Positions 18,038 to 28,378 are shown, numbered from the stretch's first letter. The stretch is 64,000 bases of DNA from Planctomycetota bacterium (GCA_965248445.1 CBDFJG010000002.1:160001-224000); one strand, 5' to 3'. Notes: generated by a model not told the origin, from the sequence alone. Made by a program: numbers and translations.

Positions 18038-19075
18038 ATGACCACAATGCGAGCGTGCGTCGTGCGGGAACACGGCGGGCCCGAGAGCGTCCTGATCGAG
18101 GAACGCGAGGTCCCCACGCCGGGCGCCGGTCAGGTGCGTGTCGCGGTGCGCGCGGCCGCGCTGAACCACCTCGACATCTGGGTGCGGCAGGGCGTGCCCG
18201 GACATCCGTTCCCGCTGCCGATGATCCTCGGCTGCGACTTCGCCGGCGTAGTGGACGCGGTCGGCGCAGGCGTCACGAACGCCAAGGAGGGCGACGAGGT
18301 CGCGATCGCCCCAGGGTTCTCCTGCGGCACGTGCCGGCGCTGCCTCGCCGGCGACGACAACCTCTGTTCCGGGTACGGCATCTACGGAGAGACGACGGAC
18401 GGCGGCTGCGCCGAGTACGCCGTCGTCAGCGCGGCGAACCTCCTCCCGAAGCCGTCGAACCTGTCGTTCGAGGAGACCGCCGCCTTCCCGCTCGTGTTCC
18501 AGACCGCATGGCACATGCTCGTGGCGCGCTGCAACATCCGGCCCGGCGAGACCGTGCTCGTGCACGCGGCCGGCAGCGGCGTCGGCAGTGCGGCCGTCCA
18601 GATCGCGAAGCTCTACTCCGCCACCGTGATCGCGACCGCGAGCACGCAGGAGAAGCTCGACCTCGCGACGGAGTTGGGCGCGGACCACGTCATCAACTAC
18701 AGCGAGACGGACTTCGCCAAGGAGGTCCGCAAGATCACGGCCAAGAAGGGTGCCGACATCGTCTTCGAGCACACCGGCGAGCAGACGTTTCCGGGTAGCG
18801 TGAAGAGCCTCGCCTGGGGCGGGCGGCTCGTGACATGCGGCGCGACGAGCGGCTTCGAGGGCAAGTTCGACCTGCGCATGCTCTTCTTCAAGAGCCTCTC
18901 GTTCCTCGGCTCGACCATGGGCTGCCGCGCCGAACTGCACACGGTCGTGGACCTGATCGAGAAGGGCCTGCTGCGCCCGGTCGTCGACCGTGTGCTGCCG
19001 CTCGACCGAGTTCAGGACGCGCACCGCGTGCTCGACAATCGCGAACAGTTCGGCAAGGTCGTCCTGACACCCTAG
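18038..19075 (+). CDS. Zinc-binding (MDR) dehydrogenase / quinone oxidoreductase-like
   Basis: ALNHLDIW, structural Zn CGTCRRCLAGDDNLC, HAAGSGVGSA, FGKVVL. Confidence 0.9.
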   Translation: MTTMRACVVREHGGPESVLIEEREVPTPGAGQVRVAVRAAALNHLDIWVRQGVPGHPFPLPMILGCDFAGVVDAVGAGVTNAKEGDEVAIAPGFSCGTCRRCLAGDDNLCSGYGIYGETTDGGCAEYAVVSAANLLPKPSNLSFEETAAFPLVFQTAWHMLVARCNIRPGETVLVHAAGSGVGSAAVQIAKLYSATVIATASTQEKLDLATELGADHVINYSETDFAKEVRKITAKKGADIVFEHTGEQTFPGSVKSLAWGGRLVTCGATSGFEGKFDLRMLFFKSLSFLGSTMGCRAELHTVVDLIEKGLLRPVVDRVLPLDRVQDAHRVLDNREQFGKVVLTP

Positions 19076-19084
19076 GAGAGACAG

Positions 19085-19870
19085 ATGAGCTACGAGAACA
19101 TCACTCTCGACGTCGGCGCCGACGGCATCGCGTCTCTCGTCCTGAACCGGCCGGAGAAGCGCAACGCCATCGACCAGGCGATGATCGACGACCTGCACCG
19201 GGGGCTCGATGCGCTCGACGGCCGCGACGACGTCAAGGTGCTGATCCTCTCGGGCGCAGGCGGCAAGGCCTTCGCGGCCGGCGCGGACATCGGCCAGTTG
19301 CGCGACCGCAAGGCACCCGAGGCCTTGCAGATCATCAATGCGCGGCTGTTCCAGCGGGTCGAAGACCTGCGGTTCCCCACCATCGCCGCGATCACGGGCT
19401 ACGCGCTCGGCGGCGGGTGCGAACTCGCGATGGCATGCGACCTGCGCGTTGCCGGCGAGTCCGCGAAGCTCGGCCAGCCCGAAGTCGCGCTCGGCATCAT
19501 TCCGGCGGCGGGCGGGACGCAACGGCTGCCGCGGCTGGTCGGCCTCGGCCGCGCCCGCGAGCTGATCTTCACGGGCCGCATCGTCGGGGCTGCTGAGTCG
19601 GAGCGCATCGGCCTCCTCAATCGCGTCGTGCCGGACGACCAGGTGCTCGCGTCGGCGCGTGAGTTGGCCGAGGAGATCGCCAAGCAGGGCGCTCTCGCCG
19701 TGCGTCTCGCGAAGCTCGCGCTGAACACGTCGAGCCGCAGCGGCCACGACACGGGAGTCCTCGTCGAGCAACTCGCCCAGGCGGTGCTGTTCGAGAGCGA
19801 CGACAAGCATGCGCGCATGACGGACTTCCTCGAGCGCAAGGCTGCCCGGAGGCGCGAGAAGCAGTCGTGA
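19085..19870 (+). CDS. Enoyl-CoA hydratase
   Basis: LNRPEKRNA, AFAAGADI, ALGGGCELAMACD, GQPEVALGIIP (both catalytic Glu present); SD AGGAG. Confidence 0.93.
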   Translation: MSYENITLDVGADGIASLVLNRPEKRNAIDQAMIDDLHRGLDALDGRDDVKVLILSGAGGKAFAAGADIGQLRDRKAPEALQIINARLFQRVEDLRFPTIAAITGYALGGGCELAMACDLRVAGESAKLGQPEVALGIIPAAGGTQRLPRLVGLGRARELIFTGRIVGAAESERIGLLNRVVPDDQVLASARELAEEIAKQGALAVRLAKLALNTSSRSGHDTGVLVEQLAQAVLFESDDKHARMTDFLERKAARRREKQS

Positions 19871-20775
19871 GGTCCGCTCTCGCGTTGCTGCTGTTGGCCC
19901 TGTCGCCGGCCGCGTGCGGCGGCTGCGGTGAGGACGAGCCGGTCACGCCTCCTCCCGTACCGAAGAACGGAGAGGCTCCCGTACCCGAGACGTTCACGTT
20001 CCGCTGGGAGGGCCCGCGCCCGTGGAACGACACGGTGTACGTCGGCACGGGGGAGATGCTCGCGACGTCGCAGCCGTTTCCGGGCCGGATGCTGGGGCCG
20101 CCTGGCGAGTTCGTGGTCACGGCCCCGCGGGGCACAGCGTATGAAGTCCGCACGGAACTGATCCTCACGGACGCTGAGCGCGGCATGCTGTGGCACGTCG
20201 ACTCCGCGGGGGTGTTCGACACCGCGGAGCCGATCCGGATCGTCGCGCCGCAGCGCTCGCTGATCAGGATCGACGGGGGTCCGCACGCAGGGCCCGACGA
20301 ACTGGTCCTCTACGACGAGGAGACGGGCACGTCCGGCTCGGCGATCCGCGACGAGACCAAGGCGCTGTTCCTGTGCGCATGGAAGGGCCGTGACGGAAAC
20401 TCGTACCGGATTCGCGCGCCCGCCCGGCCGTGGGTCTGCAACGAGTTCGGCGCGGGATCCCGCGTCGTCGCGGCGCGCACCCGCGGACGCCAGTGGGTCG
20501 TGCTCCGTGCGGAGCTGTCGCCAGGTCACGAGATCCGTGTCCCCGTCGGCGCCGCGCCGACGGGCGGCGGCACCGTTCACTGCGACGACGAGAACGCGCT
20601 ACTCGTGCTGGACGACGAGTTCCCGATCCCGGCCCCGCGCATGGCCGCCGACCTCACGTTCCGCGCCACCTGGGAGGGCGTCCCGCCCGGCGAGCACGTC
20701 GTGCGTTACCCGGACGGGGACGAGGTGGACATCACCGTCGAAGACGGCGGCGAAGTGATGCTCCCGGATCGGTGA
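19867..20775 (+). CDS. Hypothetical lipoprotein
   Basis: GTGA overlap; signal peptide with Cys (LALSPAACGGC); beta-rich body. Confidence 0.65.
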   Translation: MRSALALLLLALSPAACGGCGEDEPVTPPPVPKNGEAPVPETFTFRWEGPRPWNDTVYVGTGEMLATSQPFPGRMLGPPGEFVVTAPRGTAYEVRTELILTDAERGMLWHVDSAGVFDTAEPIRIVAPQRSLIRIDGGPHAGPDELVLYDEETGTSGSAIRDETKALFLCAWKGRDGNSYRIRAPARPWVCNEFGAGSRVVAARTRGRQWVVLRAELSPGHEIRVPVGAAPTGGGTVHCDDENALLVLDDEFPIPAPRMAADLTFRATWEGVPPGEHVVRYPDGDEVDITVEDGGEVMLPDR

Positions 20776-20874
20776 GCGGAGCCCCCGAGCCGCGACGCAG
20801 CGGCCCGCGCCTACGCTGAGGATCGGCGCGGTTCTGCCTCGCGCGAGCGAGGATGCGGAGCATGCGGAGTGCCG

Positions 20875-21312
20875 CTACTCGGAGTGCGCTTCGAACATCT
20901 TGCGGTGCTCGGGTGGGATCGGAACGGCCTTGAAGACGTCCATCTCGATGCATGCGACGGTCACGTTGGCGTCCGCGATCTTGGCGTCGTCACCCTTGCG
21001 CCGGATCAGGTAGCGCAGCGTCACGCTCTTGGTGCCGAGACGCGTGCAGGTCACGCGGATGCGCAGCACGTCGCCGAAACTCGACGGTGCGAAGTAGTTC
21101 ACCTCGGCGTGCACGGCCGGGTAGCCCAGTCCGAAGTCGTTGACAAGCGTTGCGTACGGGTGACCCGTCGTGAAGTGGACGAACTCCTCGTACGCCTCGT
21201 GGCAGTAGTCAAGGTACTTCGGGAAGTAGACGACGCGCGCGTGGTCCACGTCGTTGAACCGCACGGGTCGTTCGAATACGAAGCGTCCGGCGTCGGGTGT
21301 GGTGAGACTCAC
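20875..21312 (-). CDS. Acyl-CoA thioesterase (4HBT/YbgC hotdog family)
   Basis: VRFNDVDHARVVYFPKY motif. Confidence 0.9.
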   Translation of the reverse strand: MSLTTPDAGRFVFERPVRFNDVDHARVVYFPKYLDYCHEAYEEFVHFTTGHPYATLVNDFGLGYPAVHAEVNYFAPSSFGDVLRIRVTCTRLGTKSVTLRYLIRRKGDDAKIADANVTVACIEMDVFKAVPIPPEHRKMFEAHSE

Positions 21313-21827
21313 TTCGCGCCCTCCGTGCCCGCTTCGACGAAGCGGACGACAACCTGGCCGATGTCGACGCGATCGCCGGGGGATGCCTCGATGTCCTCGA
21401 TCACGACATCGCGCTCGGCCTCGACGGAGAACTCCATCTTCATCGCCTCGACGACGAACAGGACCTCACCCGCCGCGACCGTGTCGCCGACGGCGATGCG
21501 CATCGCGGTGACCACGCCCGTCATCGGTGAGATCGCGAACGGCTCGTCGTCGAGCACGCCGCCGGCCGCAGCGCCGCTCCCCTGCTTCGCCACGTCGAGC
21601 ACGTGGGTGCGGCCACGCAGCCAGACGTGCACGCGGTCTCCGCTGCGTACCACGACCGCCCGCCCGCCGGGCGAGAGCGAAAGTTCGACACCCCCACGCA
21701 GAGTGCGCACCACCTGCACGTCCTCGTGCAACTGCTCGCCGTCGACCGTCACGCGGAACGCGCCGCCGTCGCCCTGCACGCCGATCTCGCGCACCTCGCC
21801 GTTCACCTGGTAGCGGCGGACGCTCAT
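21309..21827 (-). CDS. Biotin carboxyl carrier protein (BT-BCCP part of carboxylase alpha subunit)
   Basis: SPMTG and VVEAMKME biotinylation motif; ATGA overlap with biotin carboxylase stop. Confidence 0.9.
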   Translation of the reverse strand: MSVRRYQVNGEVREIGVQGDGGAFRVTVDGEQLHEDVQVVRTLRGGVELSLSPGGRAVVVRSGDRVHVWLRGRTHVLDVAKQGSGAAAGGVLDDEPFAISPMTGVVTAMRIAVGDTVAAGEVLFVVEAMKMEFSVEAERDVVIEDIEASPGDRVDIGQVVVRFVEAGTEGAK

Positions 21828-23347
21828 GACCGGTCTCCCCGAGCGACGGAACGCCACGGACCGACAGTCGTCCACGGAGTCGGCACCGTCGCGCCGCCCG
21901 CACTTCCGTTCGTGCCGCGTGAGCGGGTCAGGTGCTCTCCGATCGCGGCAGCCGCGAGCACGCGATCGGGGACTTCGTCCGACGGCGCCCAGCCGTCGAA
22001 GTGCTCGGCCAGGAAGCCGGTCGACAGGTCGCCCCGCACGAACGCGTCGTGGCAGAGGATCGCGCGGAGGTACGCCACGTTGGTGCGGGGGCCGAGCACG
22101 ACCATCGCGTCGAGCGCGTGCAGTACGCGACGGCGGGCCTCTTCGCGGTCAGCGCCGTAGGCGATGAGCTTCAGGAGGAGCGAATCGTAGTGCTCGCTCA
22201 CGACCGAACCGGTGCGCACTCCGGCATCCACGCGCACTCCCGGATGCGCGGGCAGGTGCAGGTAGAGGATCTCACCGACCTGGGGTGCGAACCGGTTCGC
22301 CGGGTCCTCGGCGCAGACGCGCACCTCGATCGCGTGCCCGCGGGGGGCCAGGGCTGCGTCCAACTCGATTGCCTGACCGGCCGCGGCGCGCAACTGGAGG
22401 TCGACGAGATCGAGTCCCGTCACCATCTCGGTGATCGGGTGCTCGACTTGCAGGCGCGTGTTGACCTCGAGGAACCAGAAGCGGCCGTCGGGTCCGAGCA
22501 GGAACTCGACGGTGCCGGCGCCGACGTAACCGACTGCGCGAACGAGATCCTCCGCCGCGGCGCCCATCTTCGCGCGCAGGTCCGCGTCGACTACCGGGCT
22601 CGGACTCTCTTCGACGATCTTCTGATGCCGCCGCTGAACGGAGCACTCGCGCTCGCCCAGGTGCACGACGTTTCCGAGCGCGTCGCCGACGACCTGGATC
22701 TCGACGTGCCGTGTCGGATCGACATACGGCTCGAGGAACACGCGGCCGGACCCGAACGCCGACTCCGCTTCGCGCGTCGCCGACGACACGGCCCCGGCCA
22801 GCTCGGACACCGTGCGCACGATGCGCATGCCGCGGCCTCCGCCCCCCGCCGCCGCTTTCACCAGCAACGGGAACCCGAGCTTCTCCGCCGCGTCGCGCAC
22901 GACCCGCGGATCTGAGAAGTCGCCGGTGTATCCGCCGAGGATCGCCACACCGGCCGCCTTCGCGGTCTCCTTGGCGCGCACCTTGTCTCCGAGCGCGTCG
23001 ATCACATCCGGCGGAGGTCCGATCCAGACCAGGCCCTGCTCCTGCACACGCCGCGCGAACTCCGCCGACTCGGCGAGGAACCCGTAGCCGGGGTGGATCG
23101 CCTCGGCACCCGTGTCGCGCGCTGCAGCGAGCACGCGGTCCATGTCGAGATAGCTCTCGCGCGCCGGACCGGGGCCGATGACCGCGGTCGTGTCCGCGAG
23201 AAGGGCGTGCGGCGCAGCGCGATCCGCCTCGCTTGCGACCGCGATGCTGCGCAGCCCCGCCTCGCGTATCGCGCGAATGACGCGAACCGCGATCTCGCCG
23301 CGATTGGCGATCAGCACCGATGCAAAGGGGCGGTACGCCTCGGTCAT
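21824..23347 (-). CDS. Biotin carboxylase (acyl-CoA carboxylase alpha, LiuD-like N-terminal part)
   Basis: VLIANRGEIAVR, IHPGYGFLAE, GGGGRGMR, ERECSVQRRHQK, LEVNTRLQVEHP. Confidence 0.95.
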   Translation of the reverse strand: MTEAYRPFASVLIANRGEIAVRVIRAIREAGLRSIAVASEADRAAPHALLADTTAVIGPGPARESYLDMDRVLAAARDTGAEAIHPGYGFLAESAEFARRVQEQGLVWIGPPPDVIDALGDKVRAKETAKAAGVAILGGYTGDFSDPRVVRDAAEKLGFPLLVKAAAGGGGRGMRIVRTVSELAGAVSSATREAESAFGSGRVFLEPYVDPTRHVEIQVVGDALGNVVHLGERECSVQRRHQKIVEESPSPVVDADLRAKMGAAAEDLVRAVGYVGAGTVEFLLGPDGRFWFLEVNTRLQVEHPITEMVTGLDLVDLQLRAAAGQAIELDAALAPRGHAIEVRVCAEDPANRFAPQVGEILYLHLPAHPGVRVDAGVRTGSVVSEHYDSLLLKLIAYGADREEARRRVLHALDAMVVLGPRTNVAYLRAILCHDAFVRGDLSTGFLAEHFDGWAPSDEVPDRVLAAAAIGEHLTRSRGTNGSAGGATVPTPWTTVGPWRSVARGDRS

Positions 23348-24162
23348 TGCGCCCAGCGGGGCTTGCGCTTGTCGAGGAACGCGCGCAGGCCCTCCTGGCC
23401 CTCCGCCGACACACGTGCCTCGGCGATGCGCTCCGCGGTGTACGCCTTCACCGCCTCGTAGCCGTCCTCGAGAGCGCCGGCCATGGCGAGTCCGCCGGTC
23501 ACATCCTCGACGAGTTCCTTGCAGGCGGCGACCGCCTCCGGACCGCACTGCAGGACGGCGAAGACCACGCGATTGACCGCTTCGTCCAGCTGATCCGCGG
23601 GCACCACGACGTCGACGAGTCCGATGCGGTGCGCTTCGTTGCCGTCCATGCGGCTGCCCGTCACGAACCAGCGGCGCGCGCGGGACGGTCCGAGCCGCTG
23701 CACGATGTAGGGGCTGATGACCGCGGGCAGGATGCCGAGCCGCGCTTCGGTGAACCCGATCTTCGCGTCCTCGGCCGCCACCGAGACGTCCGCCGCGGCA
23801 AGGAGGCCGGCACCGCCGCCGAGCGCGGCTCCCTGCACGCGCGCGATCACCGCCTTCGGCACGACCGAGATCGCTTCGTAGAGATCGGCCAAAGCCAGTG
23901 CGTCCGTGACGTTCGTCTCCTGGTCGGCGGTGACCATGCGCTTCATCCACTCGACGTCGGCGCCGGCGCTGAATACCGGGCCGTCCCCCGCCAGCACGAT
24001 GACGCGCACGCCGTCGTCCGTGCCGACGTCCTCGAACACCTCGAGCATGCGGGCGATCACCTGATCGTCGAACGCGTTGCGCTTCTCGGCGCGGCACAGC
24101 GTGACGCGAGCGACACCGCCCTCGCGCTCGACTCTCACTCCACGATCGGTTCCGTCACTCAC
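23344..24162 (-). CDS. Methylglutaconyl-CoA hydratase-like enoyl-CoA hydratase (LiuC-like)
   Basis: FSAGADVEWMK, TEARLGILPAVISPY, EGQEGLRAFLDKRKPRW; lies between the carboxylase subunits. Confidence 0.85.
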   Translation of the reverse strand: MSDGTDRGVRVEREGGVARVTLCRAEKRNAFDDQVIARMLEVFEDVGTDDGVRVIVLAGDGPVFSAGADVEWMKRMVTADQETNVTDALALADLYEAISVVPKAVIARVQGAALGGGAGLLAAADVSVAAEDAKIGFTEARLGILPAVISPYIVQRLGPSRARRWFVTGSRMDGNEAHRIGLVDVVVPADQLDEAVNRVVFAVLQCGPEAVAACKELVEDVTGGLAMAGALEDGYEAVKAYTAERIAEARVSAEGQEGLRAFLDKRKPRWAQ

Positions 24163-24166
24163 CGCG

Positions 24167-25780
24167 TCACATCCGGAAGACCGGCCACTGCGATTCGGGG
24201 GTCTCCGCACCGAGCGACACGCTGAGGGCCAGTCCGAGCGCGTCGCGTGTGCGTGCGGGTTCGAGGATGCCGTCGTCCCACAGCCGCGCGGTTGCGTAGT
24301 ACGGGCTCCCCTCGGTCTCGTACTTCTCGAGGATCGGACGCTTGAACTCGGCCTGCTCCTCGTCGGTCATCTGTTCGCCCTTGCCCGCCAGCTTGTCCAT
24401 GCGGACCTGCAAGAGGACGTTTGCCGCCTGCTCGCCGCCCATCACCGAGATGCGCGAGTTCGGCCACATGAACAGGAAGCGCGGCGAGTAGCCGCGGCCG
24501 CACATAGCGTAGTTCCCCGCTCCATAGGACGCGCCGATGATGACCGTGATCCTCGGGACCTTCACCGTCGCGACGGCCTGGACCATCTTCGCGCCGTTGC
24601 GCGCGATGCCGTTCTCCTCGTATCGCTTCCCGACCATGAAGCCGGTGATGTTCTGCAGAAACACGAGCGGGACGCCGCGCTGCCCGCAGAGCTGGACGAA
24701 GTGCGCGCCCTTGCGTGCGCTCTCGCTGAACAGCACGCCGTTGTTCGCGACGATGCCGATCGGCATGCCGTGCAGATGCGCGAAGCCGGTCGTCAGCGTC
24801 GTGCCGTAGAGCGGTTTGAACTCGTGGAAGCGGCTGCCGTCCACGATCCGCGCGATGACCTCGCGGACGTCGTACGGCGTGCGGTTGTCCCGCGGCAGGA
24901 CGCCGTAGATCTCCTCGGGGTCGTACGCCGGCTCCTCGACCGGCCGCAGGTCGAGCGTCGTACGCCGCGGATCGCGATTCAGGTTCTCGACGATGCTGCG
25001 AGCCAGGGCGAGCGCGTGATCGTCATCGCGCGCCATGTGGTCGGCTACGCCGGAGATGCGTGTGTGCAGGTCGGCGCCGCCGAGTTCCTCGGCGGTAACG
25101 ACCTCGCCTGTCGCGGCCTTCACCAGCGGAGGCCCGCCGAGGAAGATCGTGCCGTTGCCCTTCACGATGATGCTCTCGTCGCTCATCGCCGGCACGTACG
25201 CGCCACCGGCTGTGCACGAGCCCATGACGGCCGCGATCTGCGGGATGCCCGCCGCGGACAACCGGGCCTGGTTCGCGAAGATGCGCCCGAAGTGCTTCTC
25301 GTCGGGGAACACCTCGTCCTGCTTCGGGAGGAACGCCCCGCCGGAGTCGACCAGGTAGATCGTGGGAAGCCGGTTCTCCGCTGCGATCTCCTGCGCGCGA
25401 ACGTGCTTCTTGACGGTGAGAGGGTAGTAGGTGCCGCCCTTCACCGTGGCGTCGTTGGCGACGACCATGACCTCGCGGCCGTGGACGAGCCCGATCCCCG
25501 TCACGATGCCGGCAGCCGGGACGCGACTGCCGTAGACCTCGTGTGCCGCGAGCGCCGACAGCTCGAGGAAGGGCGAACCCGGGTCCAGCAGCCGCTCGAC
25601 TCGGACCCGCGCGAGGAGCTTGTTCCGCGAGGTGTGCTTCTCGACGAGACGCTCCGAACCGTGCTGTCGCACGTCGTCCATGCGGTCGCGCAATCCGCCG
25701 AGCAGCGCGAGGTGATGCTCCCGGTTCGCGCGGTACTCGTCGGAGTCGGTCGAGATGCGGCTCCGGATCACGTCTGTCAT
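24167..25780 (-). CDS. 3-methylcrotonyl-CoA carboxylase beta subunit (carboxyltransferase, LiuB/MccB-like)
   Basis: [51 protein letters not shown]-terminal VFRM. Confidence 0.92.
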   Translation of the reverse strand: MTDVIRSRISTDSDEYRANREHHLALLGGLRDRMDDVRQHGSERLVEKHTSRNKLLARVRVERLLDPGSPFLELSALAAHEVYGSRVPAAGIVTGIGLVHGREVMVVANDATVKGGTYYPLTVKKHVRAQEIAAENRLPTIYLVDSGGAFLPKQDEVFPDEKHFGRIFANQARLSAAGIPQIAAVMGSCTAGGAYVPAMSDESIIVKGNGTIFLGGPPLVKAATGEVVTAEELGGADLHTRISGVADHMARDDDHALALARSIVENLNRDPRRTTLDLRPVEEPAYDPEEIYGVLPRDNRTPYDVREVIARIVDGSRFHEFKPLYGTTLTTGFAHLHGMPIGIVANNGVLFSESARKGAHFVQLCGQRGVPLVFLQNITGFMVGKRYEENGIARNGAKMVQAVATVKVPRITVIIGASYGAGNYAMCGRGYSPRFLFMWPNSRISVMGGEQAANVLLQVRMDKLAGKGEQMTDEEQAEFKRPILEKYETEGSPYYATARLWDDGILEPARTRDALGLALSVSLGAETPESQWPVFRM

Positions 25781-25929
25781 GTCGTCACGACGGTATCCGC
25801 AGCCTCGGGCCAAATCCCCTTCTGCCAGCCCGGCCCGCGGTGCGCCACCTGCCGAGGACACCGGCCGGGCAGATCGTCCGGGTAGCCTCGCGCAGGAACC
25901 CGGCACCCGTGTTGCGGGTTCGTACCCCG

Positions 25930-26694
25930 ATGCGCTTCACGACCTCCCTCGGAGCCGGCTGTCTCGGCTTGGCGCTGCTGCTGGCCACGGCCCTGCCCCC
26001 GCGCACGGCCGGGGCGACGCGCGAGTACGCCAAGGAGCAGGACAAGGACTGCTCGTTCTGCCACATCAACAGCGAGGGCGGCGGACCGCGGGCCGAGCAG
26101 GGCCGTCTGTTCGAGGCGAACGGCCACAAGTTCGGTGTCGCGAGCTGGTCGTCGGCAGAGAACACTGCGACATACCTGCGCGCCCGGGCCGCGCTGCTCG
26201 CGACCTGGTACCGCGAGTGCGACCGCCTGCTCGACGAGGTCGCGGACAAGGAAGAGCTCGCGGGCGGGAAGACGCTGATCGACTCGACTCGCAAGCGCTA
26301 CCGGATGTTCCCCCGCACGTGGCTGCGCAACGCGAAGAAGCTCCTTCAGAAGGGCTCGCGGGGGCGGCCGAACGCGTTGAAGTTCCTCACCAAGATCGAG
26401 AGCCAGTTCCCCGAGAGCGACGAGGGCAAGGAGGCCGTCAAGCTGCTCGACGAGATGACTGCCGACGAGAAGGTCAAGCCGGAGGTCGACACCGCCCGCG
26501 CCGTCGAACGGGCGCGGCTGGCGTACCTCATGGCGCGCACCGAGTACCAGATGGGCGACTTCGAGAGAGCCCGTGAACTGTTTCAGTCCGTGCTCGCCGA
26601 CGAGTACGGATCGAGCCTCCGGAAAGACGCCGAGGAGCAGCTCGCCGAACTGACCGAGACCGAGAAGGCAGCCGAGGACGAGTCCTCCGAGTAG
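25930..26694 (+). CDS. Secreted monoheme c-type cytochrome with TPR-like helical C-terminus
   Basis: Signal peptide; CSFCH at 26050-26064; [17 protein letters not shown] and [20 protein letters not shown]-like helices. Confidence 0.7.
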   Translation: MRFTTSLGAGCLGLALLLATALPPRTAGATREYAKEQDKDCSFCHINSEGGGPRAEQGRLFEANGHKFGVASWSSAENTATYLRARAALLATWYRECDRLLDEVADKEELAGGKTLIDSTRKRYRMFPRTWLRNAKKLLQKGSRGRPNALKFLTKIESQFPESDEGKEAVKLLDEMTADEKVKPEVDTARAVERARLAYLMARTEYQMGDFERARELFQSVLADEYGSSLRKDAEEQLAELTETEKAAEDESSE

Positions 26695-26734
26695 CCTCCG
26701 CGTTCACCCGGGAAACGGGCGGGCAGAGGTCGCG

Positions 26735-27598
26735 ATGGAACGCATGCTGGTGATCGGTGCAGGCACGATGGGGCGCGGCATCGCGCACGTCGGAGCGCTC
26801 TCTGACTTCGACGTCGCCCTGTACGACGTGAACCAGGAGCAAGTGCAGTCCGCGCTCGGCGCGGTGCGCAAGAACATGGAGAAGGGCGTCGTGCGCGGGA
26901 AGCTCGCGCAGGACGCCATGGACGCGGGACTTGCGCGTCTGCGCGCGAGCACCGACATGGCGGCCGACGCGGCCACAGCAGACGTGGTGGTCGAGGCGGT
27001 CTACGAGAACCTCGACCTCAAGCGCCAACTGGTCTCCGAGCTCGACACGGCCATGCCGGCGGACTCGATCCTCGGCAGCAACACGTCGTCGCTCTCGCTG
27101 ACGAAGATCGCCGCCGCCGCCACCCGTCCTGAGCGCGTGATCGGGATGCACTTCTTCAACCCGGTCCACATCATGAAGCTCCTCGAGATCGTGATGGCCG
27201 AGCAGACCTCCGACGAGACGCTCGCACGCACACATGCGCTCGCCGGACGACTGGACAAGACAGCCATCGTCGTGCGGGACGTGCCGGGCTTCGCGACGAG
27301 CCGCCTCGGCGTCTGCCTCGGCCTCGAGGCGATGCGGATGGTCGAGCAGAACGTCGCAAGCCCTGCCGACATCGACACCGCTCTCGAACTCGGCTACCGC
27401 CACCCGATGGGCCCACTCAAGCTGACCGACCTCGTGGGCCTCGACGTGCGTCTTGCCATCGCCGACCACCTGCACAACGAACTCGGCGGCGACCAGTACA
27501 AGGCGCCGGACCTACTGCGCCGGATGGTCGCGGAGGGGAAGACGGGGAAGAAGTCCGGCCAGGGGTTCTACACCTGGCAAGACGGCAAGCCCGTCTGA
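26735..27598 (+). CDS. 3-hydroxyacyl-CoA (3-hydroxybutyryl-CoA) dehydrogenase
   Basis: VIGAGTMGRGIA, SNTSSL, GMHFFNPV, HPMGPL..DLVGLD, GKKSGQGFY. Confidence 0.95.
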   Translation: MERMLVIGAGTMGRGIAHVGALSDFDVALYDVNQEQVQSALGAVRKNMEKGVVRGKLAQDAMDAGLARLRASTDMAADAATADVVVEAVYENLDLKRQLVSELDTAMPADSILGSNTSSLSLTKIAAAATRPERVIGMHFFNPVHIMKLLEIVMAEQTSDETLARTHALAGRLDKTAIVVRDVPGFATSRLGVCLGLEAMRMVEQNVASPADIDTALELGYRHPMGPLKLTDLVGLDVRLAIADHLHNELGGDQYKAPDLLRRMVAEGKTGKKSGQGFYTWQDGKPV

Positions 27599-27603
27599 GC
27601 GAG

Positions 27604-28356
27604 CTAGATCCGCTTCATGAACTCGGCAGCAAGGGTCCACATCAGGACGAACGCTGCGACGCCTCCCAACGTGCCGAGGAAGTAGAACACGTACATGGCC
27701 GCCACCCGCCACACGGCGCCGAAGACCCCGACGCGGAAGTAGCCGTGGATGGCCCACCCCCAGTACAGGACCATCACCACGTTCCCGGCGATGAAGTACC
27801 ACAGGTATCCGAGGGGGTAGATCACCAGCAACGCGATGTTGAGCGCCGTTGAGTGCCCGACCGCGTAGAGCGTGAACGCTGCGCACTCGGCGTAACTGCG
27901 GGCGCGGCTGAACTGCAAGACCCAGAGAGCCGCGGCGCAGAGGAACACCCCGGCGATCGTGAAGACGATCAGGAAGCGCCCGACGACGGCGAGCGCGGCG
28001 TGGTGCGGCGCCTCACCCGAGGCCGTGCCCATCGTCGTCGGAATCGAGGGGTTCACGACGAGCATCACGGCGAACAGCACGACCAAGTACCTGAACGGGG
28101 GGAAGCGGTCGGCGCGATGCCCCGCCACGTACTCGCTGATGAACGCGCCCGGCCGGGTCGTGAGCCCTCGCAGCGTACGCATGAATCGGGAATCGAGATC
28201 CGTGAACGTGGAGAACGCGTCGCCGATCAGCGTGCGCGTCCGCAGCCGCGGGCGCCGGTTGTCCTGACCGCAGGCGTGGCACCAGCGCCCCCGTGCCGGC
28301 GTGTCGCAGTTCGGGCAGGTCGAGACCGCCGCGCCCCCGGATTCCCGCTCTTCCAC
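27604..28356 (-). CDS. DUF3667-like zinc-ribbon membrane protein
   Basis: CPNC...WCHACGQ, TLRGLTTRPG..EYVAG.R....PFRYL, several TM helices. Start GTG 28356 is supported by TATCCT 6 nt upstream. Confidence 0.8.
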   Translation of the reverse strand: MEERESGGAAVSTCPNCDTPARGRWCHACGQDNRRPRLRTRTLIGDAFSTFTDLDSRFMRTLRGLTTRPGAFISEYVAGHRADRFPPFRYLVVLFAVMLVVNPSIPTTMGTASGEAPHHAALAVVGRFLIVFTIAGVFLCAAALWVLQFSRARSYAECAAFTLYAVGHSTALNIALLVIYPLGYLWYFIAGNVVMVLYWGWAIHGYFRVGVFGAVWRVAAMYVFYFLGTLGGVAAFVLMWTLAAEFMKRI

Positions 28357-28362
28357 GGGCGG

Positions 28363-28372
28363 AGGATACGCT
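28363..28372. promoter_or_regulatory. Overlapping divergent -10 elements (TATCCT on -, TACGCT on +)
   Basis: Each hexamer lies exactly 6 nt from a start codon (28356 -, 28379 +); they share the TA at 28367-28368. Confidence 0.6.
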
Positions 28373-28378
28373 CTGGGC

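Noticed and set aside
25930..26694. Bona fide Cyc2 iron oxidase
   Set aside because: Only 254 aa with a helical C-terminus; no beta-barrel
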